DNA of 36,624 bases from Candidatus Diapherotrites archaeon CG08_land_8_20_14_0_20_34_12. Its GTDB lineage: Archaea; Iainarchaeota; Iainarchaeia; Iainarchaeales; 0-14-0-20-34-12. The notes beneath the pieces are model-generated. The model was not told the origin of the DNA and searched no databases. It saw nothing but the letters and a program-made list of their open reading frames with translations. The stretch's first letter is position 1. The number at the start of each line of letters is the position of its first letter. A program made the translations under genes and the position numbers. Shown here piece by piece: positions 17,251 to 25,872 of this stretch. Where the stretch lies: contig PEXL01000035.1 in assembly GCA_002779065.1 (NCBI GenBank), forward strand, positions 1-36,624, in the 5' to 3' direction.

Positions 17251-17529
17251 TCATCTACTAATCTTTTTTAAAATGTTTTTGTATGGCACTAATGCTTCCT
17301 CTTCAGAAAGCCATCTCTTCCTGCCTTTCTTAACGTCATCTTCAATTTGCATTATTTTCTTCAAAGCTCTTTTATCAGTTATTGGTTTAATTATAAGAGG
17401 ATCATATTCATCGCCAAGCTTCATTATCCCAGCCCTAATAACTTCAGATTTTGTTTTAAAAATGCCATTCTTAATTAGAACATTCATTATATTTTCAGGA
17501 ATGCCACTTATTTCAACCAGCATCTTCAT
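17251..17529 (-). CDS. RHH/CopG-like antitoxin partner of the RelE gene
   Basis: 'MLVEISGIPENIMNVLIKNGIFKTKSEVIRAGIMKL' is RHH-like. It sits 34 nt upstream of the toxin on the same strand. Confidence 0.55.
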   Translation of the reverse strand: MKMLVEISGIPENIMNVLIKNGIFKTKSEVIRAGIMKLGDEYDPLIIKPITDKRALKKIMQIEDDVKKGRKRWLSEEEALVPYKNILKKISR

Positions 17530-17608
17530 ACAAAAACAATATCTGCGCTATTTTTTAAATATATGTTTTTGATATGTTTTTTATATATACAAAAAACAGC
17601 AATTTTTA

Positions 17609-19021
17609 TCACAAAAACATCGGCAGGACATTCAGGAACAAAAGAATTAGGAATATTTTCCACAAAAAGCCCTGAATCCAAAGCTCTTTTTCCTTTCTTG
17701 TTTTTTTCATAAAACCAAGATAAGGCATAAACATTATCTTTGCAATCTTTCCGCCGTCAAATGGTTCAATAGGCATAAAATTCAGCATGCCTGCAGCAAG
17801 GCTTAACATGAAGAACCAGAGAAGAATGCCATAAAATAAAGATCTTAAAAACAAAACAAGTTCATAATTTTCGGGAAATTTATAACTAGGGTCAAGGATT
17901 TCATTCACATCAAAACCGAATTTACCTAATTCATTGCTCTGCAAGGTTATTTTTGTAATCTCACCAGTATTCTTATCAAGCAATTCAAACTCTGTGGGTT
18001 TTTTCCATGTTTTTGACAATTGTTCTGCAACATCCTCATAGATATTTACATCAACACCATTAACTTTTTCTAAAATCATGCCTTTTTTCATAACACTATA
18101 GGCTGAAGAATCAAATACCTGGTTGCAAAAGGTAATATTTTGATCAACATCCCCCATCTGCAGCTCGGTTATTGATTGTTTTTTTATATTTGTGATGTTG
18201 TCAGTCAAAGGAGCCATCACGGGCACAAGAATAATTGATAGGAATAAGAGCAAAAGTAATGCTGAAATTAAATTAGACGTTGGTCCTGCTGAGAAAACTT
18301 CTAACTTTTTGCGTTCTGATGCTTTTTTCAATTCTTTATCATCAGGTTCAACAAATGCACCAACAGGCAAAAGCCCAAATAAAAGGACACCTGCTGATTT
18401 TATCGGAATTTTATGCCTTCTTGCAAGTATTCCGTGGAAACCTTCATGAATTATTAAAATAAAGAAAAGCGGAATCCATGCATATAACGGAACAATAATT
18501 GGAACATTAGGCAATTGCACCCCGGGAATTACTGGGGCAACACCAGCGCATGATTTTTGGCCTGTAAGAATCCTTGAAACAACATACCAGGCATGGTCTG
18601 CTAAAAAATAAAGGGTAACTAATGCAAATCCTCCCAGAGCAAAGAATGCAGACATTAATTCTTTGGGACTGTTAGTTAATGGATTCTCAAACATCGCGGA
18701 AACCAAGAAATAAAAAAGTAAATATAATACCAAAAAACTAAAAGCCAATATAGCGATTCTTTTCAACTTGGTTTTGGCCTTTCTTGCATAAAGAAAATCA
18801 ATAGCAATTATCCCGAAACCGGAAATTAAACCCAGGGTAGCAAAAAAACTCAATGCTTTTTTGAAAACAACAAAATTGTCAAGCAATGGGACAAATCTCT
18901 TGCTCCTTACCATTGAAAGAATATGCCAGTAGGTTTTGACATTTTTCCTTTTGCTTATGAAATGGGTGAAAACAACAAAGACCAAAAGAACTAGGATAAT
19001 CTGCAGGATAATATCTAACAT
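17609..19021 (-). CDS. Site-2 protease (M50 family) with an inserted PDZ-like domain
   Basis: 'HEGFHGILA' (HExxH inside a TM segment), 'NFMPIEPFDGGKI' (the NxxPxxxxDG motif) and PDZ-like 'GMILEKVNGVDV'. Multiple TM segments. Confidence 0.8.
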   Translation of the reverse strand: MLDIILQIILVLLVFVVFTHFISKRKNVKTYWHILSMVRSKRFVPLLDNFVVFKKALSFFATLGLISGFGIIAIDFLYARKAKTKLKRIAILAFSFLVLYLLFYFLVSAMFENPLTNSPKELMSAFFALGGFALVTLYFLADHAWYVVSRILTGQKSCAGVAPVIPGVQLPNVPIIVPLYAWIPLFFILIIHEGFHGILARRHKIPIKSAGVLLFGLLPVGAFVEPDDKELKKASERKKLEVFSAGPTSNLISALLLLLFLSIILVPVMAPLTDNITNIKKQSITELQMGDVDQNITFCNQVFDSSAYSVMKKGMILEKVNGVDVNIYEDVAEQLSKTWKKPTEFELLDKNTGEITKITLQSNELGKFGFDVNEILDPSYKFPENYELVLFLRSLFYGILLWFFMLSLAAGMLNFMPIEPFDGGKIAKIMFMPYLGFMKKTRKEKELWIQGFLWKIFLILLFLNVLPMFL

Positions 19022-19032
19022 TTAATTATTTG

Positions 19033-19416
19033 TTACTGCTCTGTTTTTTTAAGTCTTATCCCAAGCAAGGATTCTAATTTTGGGACATATTTGTCTTCTG
19101 GCTTTAAGGATTGATTCTCAATCTTCTGCATTGTTGAATTTTTTAGGGATATTTTCTTAGCCAGGTCATCAATTGTCCATTTTCTGCTTTCCCTTGCTTT
19201 TTTTATCAACATCCCATAATTCTCGGCCAGATCTAAATTTCCTGCAATAGGCATTCCGCTTGAAAAAGGGGAATAATCTGAGTAAGATTTCCTTGGCTTA
19301 TAGACTTTATTCTCAACACCGTGTGCTGCACACCCATAACAAGCCAATAAAAGAGAACCTTCCACATTTACTGATTTTAATTGTGAAAAATCTTTCCCAC
19401 AGAGTTCACACTCCAT
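19033..19416 (-). CDS. mbf1: Archaeal MBF1 (zinc ribbon plus XRE-type HTH)
   Basis: 'CELCGK...CYGCAAHG' forms the zinc ribbon. 'WTIDDLAKKISLKNSTMQKIENQSLKPE' is the cro/C1 HTH. The gene ends 11 nt upstream of the S2P gene on the same strand. Confidence 0.8.
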   Translation of the reverse strand: MECELCGKDFSQLKSVNVEGSLLLACYGCAAHGVENKVYKPRKSYSDYSPFSSGMPIAGNLDLAENYGMLIKKARESRKWTIDDLAKKISLKNSTMQKIENQSLKPEDKYVPKLESLLGIRLKKTEQ

Positions 19417-19520
19417 AAAACCACCCTAACCAATAAGCTTTCTTATTTGTAATTTAAGGTTAAAAAGTTTAATAAATAGCACTTAACCCAAATAAAAAAG
19501 AAAAAGTCATTGGGAAAATT

Positions 19521-19546
19521 AATATTTGCCTAATTTGGCAAATATT
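19521..19546. promoter_or_regulatory. Perfect 10-bp inverted repeat (6-nt spacer) in the mbf1/fen1 divergent intergenic region; candidate operator
   Basis: AATATTTGCC-TAATTT-GGCAAATATT. A second 7-bp inverted repeat, AATTCCT-TTAAG-AGGAATT, lies at 19571..19589. Confidence 0.3.
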
Positions 19547-19619
19547 CCTTTTTTGGCAGAAAAATAGCCCAATTCCTTTAAGAGGAATTTATTTAAGCAG
19601 TTTCAATAATCAGAAGGAT

Positions 19620-20651
19620 ATGGGAATTAATTTAGGCGATTTAGTAAAGGGGGAAGAAATAGAATTAGAGACTCTGCAGGGCAAAATTGTTGGCATAGAT
19701 TCATTTAATGTGCTTTATCAATTCCTTTCAAGCATAATTGGTTATGATGGATCGCCATTAAGAGATTCTTCAGGAAGAATAACTTCACATTTATCCGGAT
19801 TATTGTATAGGACCGCAAATCTGATTGAAGCAGGAATTAAACCTGCATTTGTTTTTGACGGAAAGGCGCACAAATTGAAGCAAAAAACCCAGCAGGAAAG
19901 AAGATTGATCAGGGAAGAGGCAGAAGAAAAAATGCTTCAGGCAAAAAAGGAAGGAAATCTTGAGGAAGCAAAAAAATATGCACAAAGAGCTGTGCGGTTA
20001 AACCAAGGAATGGTTGATGAATCAAAAAAATTGGTTGAATTAATGGGTTTACCGGTAATACAGGCACCAAGTGAGGGGGAAGCGCAATTGGCGAAAATGT
20101 GCTCTGAAGGAAAAATCCATGCAACACTAAGCCAGGATTACGATTCCTTACTTTTTGGCTCTCCGATTCTGCTGAAAAATGTTACAATAAGCGGAAAGAG
20201 AAAATTGCCCGGAAGGGATGTTTATTATGAAATCAGGCCAACAATCATAAAGCTTGAGAATGTCCTGAAAGATTTGCAGATTGACCGAGAGAAATTAATC
20301 TGGCTGGGAATTCTTCTTGGAACTGATTTCAGCGAAAAATTTCCAAACATCGGCCCGAAAAAAGCAATCAAGCTTGTGCATGAGCACAATTCATTTGAAG
20401 ATATAATAAAAGAAACAAAATTTGAACCAGAATTTGATTACAAAGAAATAGAAAAACTTTTTATGAGTCCAATGTACACTGAAGAATACAAATTGGAATT
20501 TAAGGAGCCGGATGAAAAGGCAATTATGCAATTCTTGTGCAAGGAAAGGAATTTTTCCGAGGAAAGGGTGAAAAAGGTTGTTGAAAAGATTTCTGCAATA
20601 GCTAAAGAGCGGGGAAAACAGGCTTCAATAAGTGCCTGGTTCAAAAAATAA
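19620..20651 (+). CDS. fen: Flap endonuclease 1
   Basis: 'MGINLGDLV', 'IDSFNVLYQFLS', 'PAFVFDGKAHKLK', 'APSEGEAQLA' and 'SQDYDSLLFG' are the XPG-N and XPG-I blocks. The C-terminal 'SISAWFKK' is a PIP-like tail. Confidence 0.9.
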   Translation: MGINLGDLVKGEEIELETLQGKIVGIDSFNVLYQFLSSIIGYDGSPLRDSSGRITSHLSGLLYRTANLIEAGIKPAFVFDGKAHKLKQKTQQERRLIREEAEEKMLQAKKEGNLEEAKKYAQRAVRLNQGMVDESKKLVELMGLPVIQAPSEGEAQLAKMCSEGKIHATLSQDYDSLLFGSPILLKNVTISGKRKLPGRDVYYEIRPTIIKLENVLKDLQIDREKLIWLGILLGTDFSEKFPNIGPKKAIKLVHEHNSFEDIIKETKFEPEFDYKEIEKLFMSPMYTEEYKLEFKEPDEKAIMQFLCKERNFSEERVKKVVEKISAIAKERGKQASISAWFKK

Positions 20652-20728
20652 TCAAAACAGATTAATTTATAATTGATTTTATTTGTTTAATAGTATAATT
20701 TATATTTATTATATTGAAATGTGATTAT

Positions 20729-22330
20729 ATGGAAGAAGACAATGAAGTAAGGACCTGGGCAGATATTATTGCAGAACAGATGGTTGAAAAAAAGAAAAAA
20801 GCAAAATATATCTGCCATGGGATGTGGACCCCTAGCGGATTTTTTCATTTAGGGAATTCAAGGCCTGAAATTTTTACCCCTTATTCTGTCGCACATGCTT
20901 TGGAAAATTTGGGGCATAAAACTGAGCAGCATTTTATTTTGGATGATTTTGATCCTGTTGATAAAGTGCCAGAAGGATTAAATATAAAAGAAGAAGACAG
21001 GGAACAATTTATTGGATATTCGTGCGCAACCGCACCCAGCCCTATTCCAGGATTTAAAACTTGGGCTGAAGCCTTTATTTATGATGTCAAATCAGTAATT
21101 GACGATTATGGGGTAAAGCCTATTTTCTATTCTGCTTATGAAACATACAAAGAAGGGAAATTTGACAAAATAATTGTTGAAGCATTAAACAAATCAGTGC
21201 AAATTGTAACTACGTGGAATAAAATAGCAGGAAGCGACAAGCAGAAAAATTTCCTGCCTGTGAAGGTTGTATGCGAACAATGCAAAAAAATACATTTCAC
21301 TGATGCAATCTCCTGGGATGGAAAACTTGTTGGGTACAAATGTTCTGCTTGCGGTTATGAAGGAAAGGTAAAGCCAGAAAAAGGAAAGGTAAAATTGCAT
21401 TGGCGTGTTCATTGGCCTGCACACTGGCAGTTATATGGGGTTGATTTTGAATCTGCGGGAAAAGACCATTTTTCCAAAGGAGGATCGGTTGATGTAAGCC
21501 AAGCAATTGCAAAAGAAGTCTTTGGAATTGAACCGCCATTCCAGACTCCAACAGAATTCATTCAGCTTGGGAAGGAAAAAATGTCAGGTTCAAGAGGAAA
21601 TTTATTTACATTAAAGGATTGGATTTCTGTTGCAAATCCTGAATCCTTCAGGTATCTAAATTTTTCAAGAAAGCCAAATGGCGTGATTGAATTAAACCTA
21701 AGGGATAATTCATTCCTGATAGCAATGGACGAATTTGAAAGAGCAGAAAGAATATTTTATGGAAAAGAACATGCGCAAAGCGAAAAATTGGATAAAAAAA
21801 TAGCAAGAAGCTATGAACTTTCATTATTGGGAAAGCCGGCAAAAGAAATTCCTCAAAGGATTTCATATTCCTTCTCAATTTTATTGTCACAGCTTTTCGA
21901 TGCAGAAAAAAATATTGCTGATGTTGAGGAATTAATGTTAAACACTGCGCATATTGGGAGAAAATTAAATAGTGAGGAAAAGACAACAGTACAAAATCAA
22001 TTGAAAAGAACAAAAAACTGGATTGATAAATATGCTCCAGACCAATACAAAATAAAATTCTTGGAAGATACTTCTGCGGCCAAAGGAACTATTTCTGCAA
22101 ATGTTAAAGAATTGTTCAAGGAAATTGCCGCAATGATTGACAAGGCAAAGAATGCGGATGAACTGCAGACAAAAATTTATGAATTGACAAAAAGCAAAAA
22201 CATGGCGCCGAAAGAAATGTTCCAAGCACTTTATAGTATTTTGATTGGAAAACAATTTGGCCCAAAAATCGGGACATTAATATTTGCACTTGGAAAGGAA
22301 AGGGTAAAAAAGAGATTATTGGAAATGTAA
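20729..22330 (+). CDS. lysK: Lysyl-tRNA synthetase, class I
   Basis: 'PSGFFHLGN' (HIGH-type motif) and 'KMSGSRGN' (KMSKS). The Cys cluster 'CEQCKK...CSACG' and the roughly 530-aa length are typical of class I LysRS. ATG at 20729. Confidence 0.85.
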   Translation: MEEDNEVRTWADIIAEQMVEKKKKAKYICHGMWTPSGFFHLGNSRPEIFTPYSVAHALENLGHKTEQHFILDDFDPVDKVPEGLNIKEEDREQFIGYSCATAPSPIPGFKTWAEAFIYDVKSVIDDYGVKPIFYSAYETYKEGKFDKIIVEALNKSVQIVTTWNKIAGSDKQKNFLPVKVVCEQCKKIHFTDAISWDGKLVGYKCSACGYEGKVKPEKGKVKLHWRVHWPAHWQLYGVDFESAGKDHFSKGGSVDVSQAIAKEVFGIEPPFQTPTEFIQLGKEKMSGSRGNLFTLKDWISVANPESFRYLNFSRKPNGVIELNLRDNSFLIAMDEFERAERIFYGKEHAQSEKLDKKIARSYELSLLGKPAKEIPQRISYSFSILLSQLFDAEKNIADVEELMLNTAHIGRKLNSEEKTTVQNQLKRTKNWIDKYAPDQYKIKFLEDTSAAKGTISANVKELFKEIAAMIDKAKNADELQTKIYELTKSKNMAPKEMFQALYSILIGKQFGPKIGTLIFALGKERVKKRLLEM

Positions 22331-22340
22331 TTGAGAGAAC

Positions 22341-23297
22341 ATGCCCCAAATTTTGGAAAATATAGGATTTGTTGCTAACAATTCAAAACATGTGCACATA
22401 AACAAGGAAAGAATTCCAAAATTTTGCAAGGATTTTGATGGAAATGAAATGCGCCATTGGCTGAATGCTTGCCCTTTGAATCTTTCAATGGAAACTAATG
22501 GAGAAAAATTAAACTTCCTGCTTGTTTTCAATTCCATAAGCTTCTGCTACTGGGGCGAGCCAAAATGGGCTATTGAATATAAAGGGAATAAATATAATGG
22601 CTCTTGGGGTATGATCGCTTCTCTAGAAAGAGCTTTAGATGAGGGCAAATATATACTAAATCCAAAATTTCTGGCAGCTATTTCTGAAGAGGAATTGGGC
22701 GAGATTTTAAGGGGCAATATTGAAATTCCGTTGCTGGCAGAACGCTGCAAAATACTGAGTGAAGTTGGCAGGGCCTTAAACAAAAAATTTAATGGAAATT
22801 TCAGCAATTTGGTCAATGAAGCTAATGGAGACGGAATTAAGCTGCTGAATTTGATTGTTTCAAACTTTCCTTCATTCAATGATTTTTCAAGGTATGCCGG
22901 GAAGAATATTTATTTTTATAAAAGGGCTCAGCTGCTTGTTTCGGATATTTATCAATTATTTAATGGAAAAGGATATGGCAAATTAAAAAACATGGACAAA
23001 ATAACTGCCTGTGCTGATTATAAACTTCCTTGGGTCTTGAGAAGGTTTAGGGTAATGTCATATTCAACAGAACTTACAAATAAGATAGACAATAAAATCC
23101 AAATAAAAAAAGGCAGTGAAGAAGAGATTGAAATAAGGGCAAATACAATTATGGCTTGTGAATTAATTAAAGAAGAGCTCAGAAAAAACAACCTGAAAAT
23201 GGATTCTATTCACGTAAATGATTATTTGTGGTTAATGGGGCAGAAAAGAACGCATGAGGATGAACCATACCACAGGACTTTGACTACTTTTTACTGA
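22341..23297 (+). CDS. DUF2419 / queuosine-salvage (Qng1-like) family protein
   Basis: 'NSISFCYWGEPKW', 'FYKRAQLLVSDIY' and 'CADYKLPWVLR' correspond to the conserved blocks of the Q-salvage family (NF.FW, fyKRAQil..Dl, aDYrvPq.L). Starts 10 nt after the LysRS stop. Confidence 0.6.
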   Translation: MPQILENIGFVANNSKHVHINKERIPKFCKDFDGNEMRHWLNACPLNLSMETNGEKLNFLLVFNSISFCYWGEPKWAIEYKGNKYNGSWGMIASLERALDEGKYILNPKFLAAISEEELGEILRGNIEIPLLAERCKILSEVGRALNKKFNGNFSNLVNEANGDGIKLLNLIVSNFPSFNDFSRYAGKNIYFYKRAQLLVSDIYQLFNGKGYGKLKNMDKITACADYKLPWVLRRFRVMSYSTELTNKIDNKIQIKKGSEEEIEIRANTIMACELIKEELRKNNLKMDSIHVNDYLWLMGQKRTHEDEPYHRTLTTFY

Positions 23298-23316
23298 AAT
23301 AAATAAATCAACAACA

Positions 23317-23661
23317 CTAACCAAGAGCAAGGCTTATTTTTAATGCTTTATCAACCTTTTTCATTGTGCTTGAATTTAATGCCCCGAGCCTTGTGATTAT
23401 TCTGTGTTCTTTAGATATTGTTCTTAGATAATTGCAGAGGATTAGGCTATCTTTTGATAGGTTCCCTTCATCCTTTTGGACAAAAACAGTAAAGGGGTAT
23501 TCTTTTTCTATTCTAGATGTTATTGCCGCAACAATTGTTGTTGGGCTCATCACATTTCCAAAATCATTCTGGATAATCAAACAAGGCCTTGTTTTTCCTT
23601 GCTCAGAACCCTTAACTGGCTCGAAATCAGCCAGTATAATGTCGCCACGTTTAATATTCAT
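23317..23661 (-). CDS. mazF: MazF/PemK-family endoribonuclease toxin
   Basis: 'MNIKRGDIILADFEPVKGSEQGKTRPCLIIQND' is the canonical MazF N-terminus. Start set at ATG 23661; it overlaps the mazE-like stop by 11 nt. Confidence 0.85.
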   Translation of the reverse strand: MNIKRGDIILADFEPVKGSEQGKTRPCLIIQNDFGNVMSPTTIVAAITSRIEKEYPFTVFVQKDEGNLSKDSLILCNYLRTISKEHRIITRLGALNSSTMKKVDKALKISLALG

Positions 23662-23920
23662 CAAGCATCGCATCCGCTTCTTTGCCGACATAATCCATTT
23701 CTTCTTCGATTTCTTTGTCAAATTTTGCCATCTTTTTATAGCCCTCAATCATTAGCTTTTCTGTTTCTTTCTTACTCAAAGCTTTCTCTACAATAATTTT
23801 CTCATTATCTATTTTCACAATAACCTTATCTTTGGCTTTTATCCCTTCAATCTCCCTTATTATTTTAGGAATTGTTATTTGGCCTCTTTCTCCAACTACA
23901 GTTATACTTTCATACATCAT
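23651..23920 (-). CDS. mazE: AbrB/SpoVT-type (MazE-like) antitoxin
   Basis: 'VVGERGQITIPKIIREIEGIKAKDKVIVKIDNEKIIVEK' is a swapped-hairpin AbrB-fold pattern. It lies immediately upstream of mazF. Confidence 0.8.
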   Translation of the reverse strand: MMYESITVVGERGQITIPKIIREIEGIKAKDKVIVKIDNEKIIVEKALSKKETEKLMIEGYKKMAKFDKEIEEEMDYVGKEADAMLDEY

Positions 23921-24079
23921 TTCACCAATATGCTTTATACATATTTATTCATACTAATACCTATTTAAATAAATACGTTAACGAGCAATTGATATTATAA
24001 AAAAGGCAGTAAACTACTTAATATCAGTAAGGTTTATTCAAAAGCAACTTCTGGGTTTATTACTTAAAAAAATACCTTG

Positions 24080-24742
24080 TTAAAACCCATATTCTCCTTT
24101 CAGCGGCACAAAAACAAAGGGCCCTGAATCTGAAACTTCCTCTGAAATTTTCCCATTTGAATCTTTTTTCAAAACATGCATCCATTGTGGATGCTTGCCA
24201 ACAGGGGCAACAATAATTCCATTTTTGTTTAATTGTTCAATGCAAGGTTCGGGAATTGCCGGGCAGGCAGCCGAAAACAAAATGCGGTCAAATGGCGCAA
24301 AATCTTTCAAGCCTAAGGTTCCATCGGTGTAGAATATTTCAATATTTTTATATCCCAAATTTGCAAGCGTTGTGCGGGCTTTCATCGCTAATTCTGGCAC
24401 AATATCTATACCATAAACCTTGCCTTTTTTGCCAACAAGTTCTGAAAGCAATGCTAAAACATAGCCTGAACCTGCGCCTATTTCTAAAACCTTGTGATTT
24501 TTTTCAACTGCAAGAAGCTCAAGCATCATCGCAATTGTGCTTGGCTGTGAAATTGTCTGGCCATAGCCAATTGGGAATGCGTTGTCTGAGTAAGCATACT
24601 CAAGCATTTCTTGCGGGAAAAATTCCTCACGCTTTACTGATAAAAAGGCTTCCTTCACAGAAGAAGATTTTATTGCACCGCTTGAAAGCATGCTTTCAAC
24701 AAGCAATTTTCTTTTTTCTGAAAAATTTTCCAAAAGTATCAC
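24080..24742 (-). CDS. pcm: Protein-L-isoaspartate O-methyltransferase
   Basis: 'GQTISQPSTIAMMLELL' and 'VLEIGAGSGYVLALL' are the PIMT signature and SAM motif I. The start is probably GTG 24742; the longest ORF reaches 24802 but would overlap the UbiA gene. Confidence 0.85.
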   Translation of the reverse strand: MILLENFSEKRKLLVESMLSSGAIKSSSVKEAFLSVKREEFFPQEMLEYAYSDNAFPIGYGQTISQPSTIAMMLELLAVEKNHKVLEIGAGSGYVLALLSELVGKKGKVYGIDIVPELAMKARTTLANLGYKNIEIFYTDGTLGLKDFAPFDRILFSAACPAIPEPCIEQLNKNGIIVAPVGKHPQWMHVLKKDSNGKISEEVSDSGPFVFVPLKGEYGF

Positions 24743-24767
24743 TTTACCTGTTACAACATAATTGCGG

Positions 24768-25583
24768 TTAGATGATTGAAACCAAAAAAGCCAGCAAGCC
24801 AAAAAGCATCGCTATTTTTGAGAGCTGCTGCGCTTTCTTGAAATTATTATTTTTCATCTGCAAAATGGAATAAATAAAAATCAAATCCGCAAAGGTTACT
24901 GCAATTAAATAATAAAAATTTGCCAAATTCAGCAAAAAAGGCACATAGGAAAAAACAAATGCCAAAAGTAAAATGAAAAATGAAAAATATTTTGTGTTTT
25001 TAATGCCAATCAGCATGGGCATTGTTTTTTTGGAGCCTTTGTCAGCGTCAATATCTTCCATATCTTTTACTAATTCACGGTAGACATTTGCAAACAGCGC
25101 AAGCAAGGCAAACCAAAGCACAATGGAATAATTTCCAACCAAAGAAGCACCGTAAATTAAAGTAAATGATGTTCCGAGAGCAACAATCCAATTGCCCAAA
25201 TATTTAATCTTGGAAAAGAATGCGGAATAAACAATTAAAAGAACTGAGAACAGAACTGCGATTTCAAAAGTAATTGGATTTATGAAAAAGGCAATTTTAG
25301 AACCGAGCACAAAAAGCAGAATTGAAAAAATCAAAACATTTCTTGGATTTAGATTGAAGTCCAAAATTGGTTTTTTGGTTTTTTTCTTGCGATCAACCTC
25401 TAAATCAAAATAGTCATTTATTGATTGCCCTGCGGCGCAGATTAAAAATGCGGAAATCATTGCTAAAAGGATCGGAAGATTGAAGGCAAAAGAATGTGTT
25501 GCAACAAGATAGCCAATTAAAACGCCGAATGCTGCAATTAAACAATTTCCCGCACGAATTAAATCTAAATATGGCTTCAACAA
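24768..25583 (-). CDS. UbiA-family prenyltransferase, probably digeranylgeranylglyceryl-phosphate synthase
   Basis: 'NDYFDLEVDR' (NDxxDxxxD) and 'KDMEDIDADK' (second Asp-rich motif). Multi-TM, 271 aa. TTG start. Confidence 0.7.
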   Translation of the reverse strand: MLKPYLDLIRAGNCLIAAFGVLIGYLVATHSFAFNLPILLAMISAFLICAAGQSINDYFDLEVDRKKKTKKPILDFNLNPRNVLIFSILLFVLGSKIAFFINPITFEIAVLFSVLLIVYSAFFSKIKYLGNWIVALGTSFTLIYGASLVGNYSIVLWFALLALFANVYRELVKDMEDIDADKGSKKTMPMLIGIKNTKYFSFFILLLAFVFSYVPFLLNLANFYYLIAVTFADLIFIYSILQMKNNNFKKAQQLSKIAMLFGLLAFLVSII

Positions 25584-25641
25584 GGTTATCCCTAATAAAA
25601 GTATAATATAAGAATAATAAATAGATGAAGGTTGGCTTAGT

Positions 25642-25806
25642 TTACGCCTTGGCCTTCTTTACCTTATTCTTTAACCTTAATCTCTTGCTGTTGCATTTCC
25701 TGCATTTAGACGGCTTTTTTCCTGCCCCAACCCTGTTCTTCGCATTGCATCTCATGCAGATCCAAACATTATTAAAAAGCCTGTCAATTGCTTCATTAGT
25801 TGCCAT
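25642..25806 (-). CDS. rpl40e: 50S ribosomal protein L40e
   Basis: Hand translation of the minus strand gives MATNEAIDRLFNNVWICMRCNAKNRVGAGKKPSKCRKCNSKRLRLKNKVKKAKA*. The C-x2-C...C-x2-C zinc ribbon and length fit archaeal L40e. The + strand ORF 25625..25846 is its shadow. Confidence 0.85.
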   Translation of the reverse strand: MATNEAIDRLFNNVWICMRCNAKNRVGAGKKPSKCRKCNSKRLRLKNKVKKAKA

Positions 25807-25872
25807 AATTCGTCATCCAATTAATCATTTTATACTTAGTAATTAAGGATTAGGTTTAAAAACCATTTTACA

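Noticed and set aside
21136-22349. Multiple 60-120 aa minus-strand ORFs inside the LysRS gene, and similar antisense ORFs inside other long genes (e.g. 11494..12195, 12934..13611, 33114..33614)
   Set aside because: They fully overlap strongly supported genes. Such antisense open frames are common in AT-rich, Lys/Glu-rich coding DNA.
25625-25846. 73-aa + strand ORF (MKVGLVYALAFF...)
   Set aside because: It has a hydrophobic, low-complexity translation with no motif. The minus strand of the same region encodes a clean L40e zinc-ribbon protein, so the + ORF is an antisense shadow.
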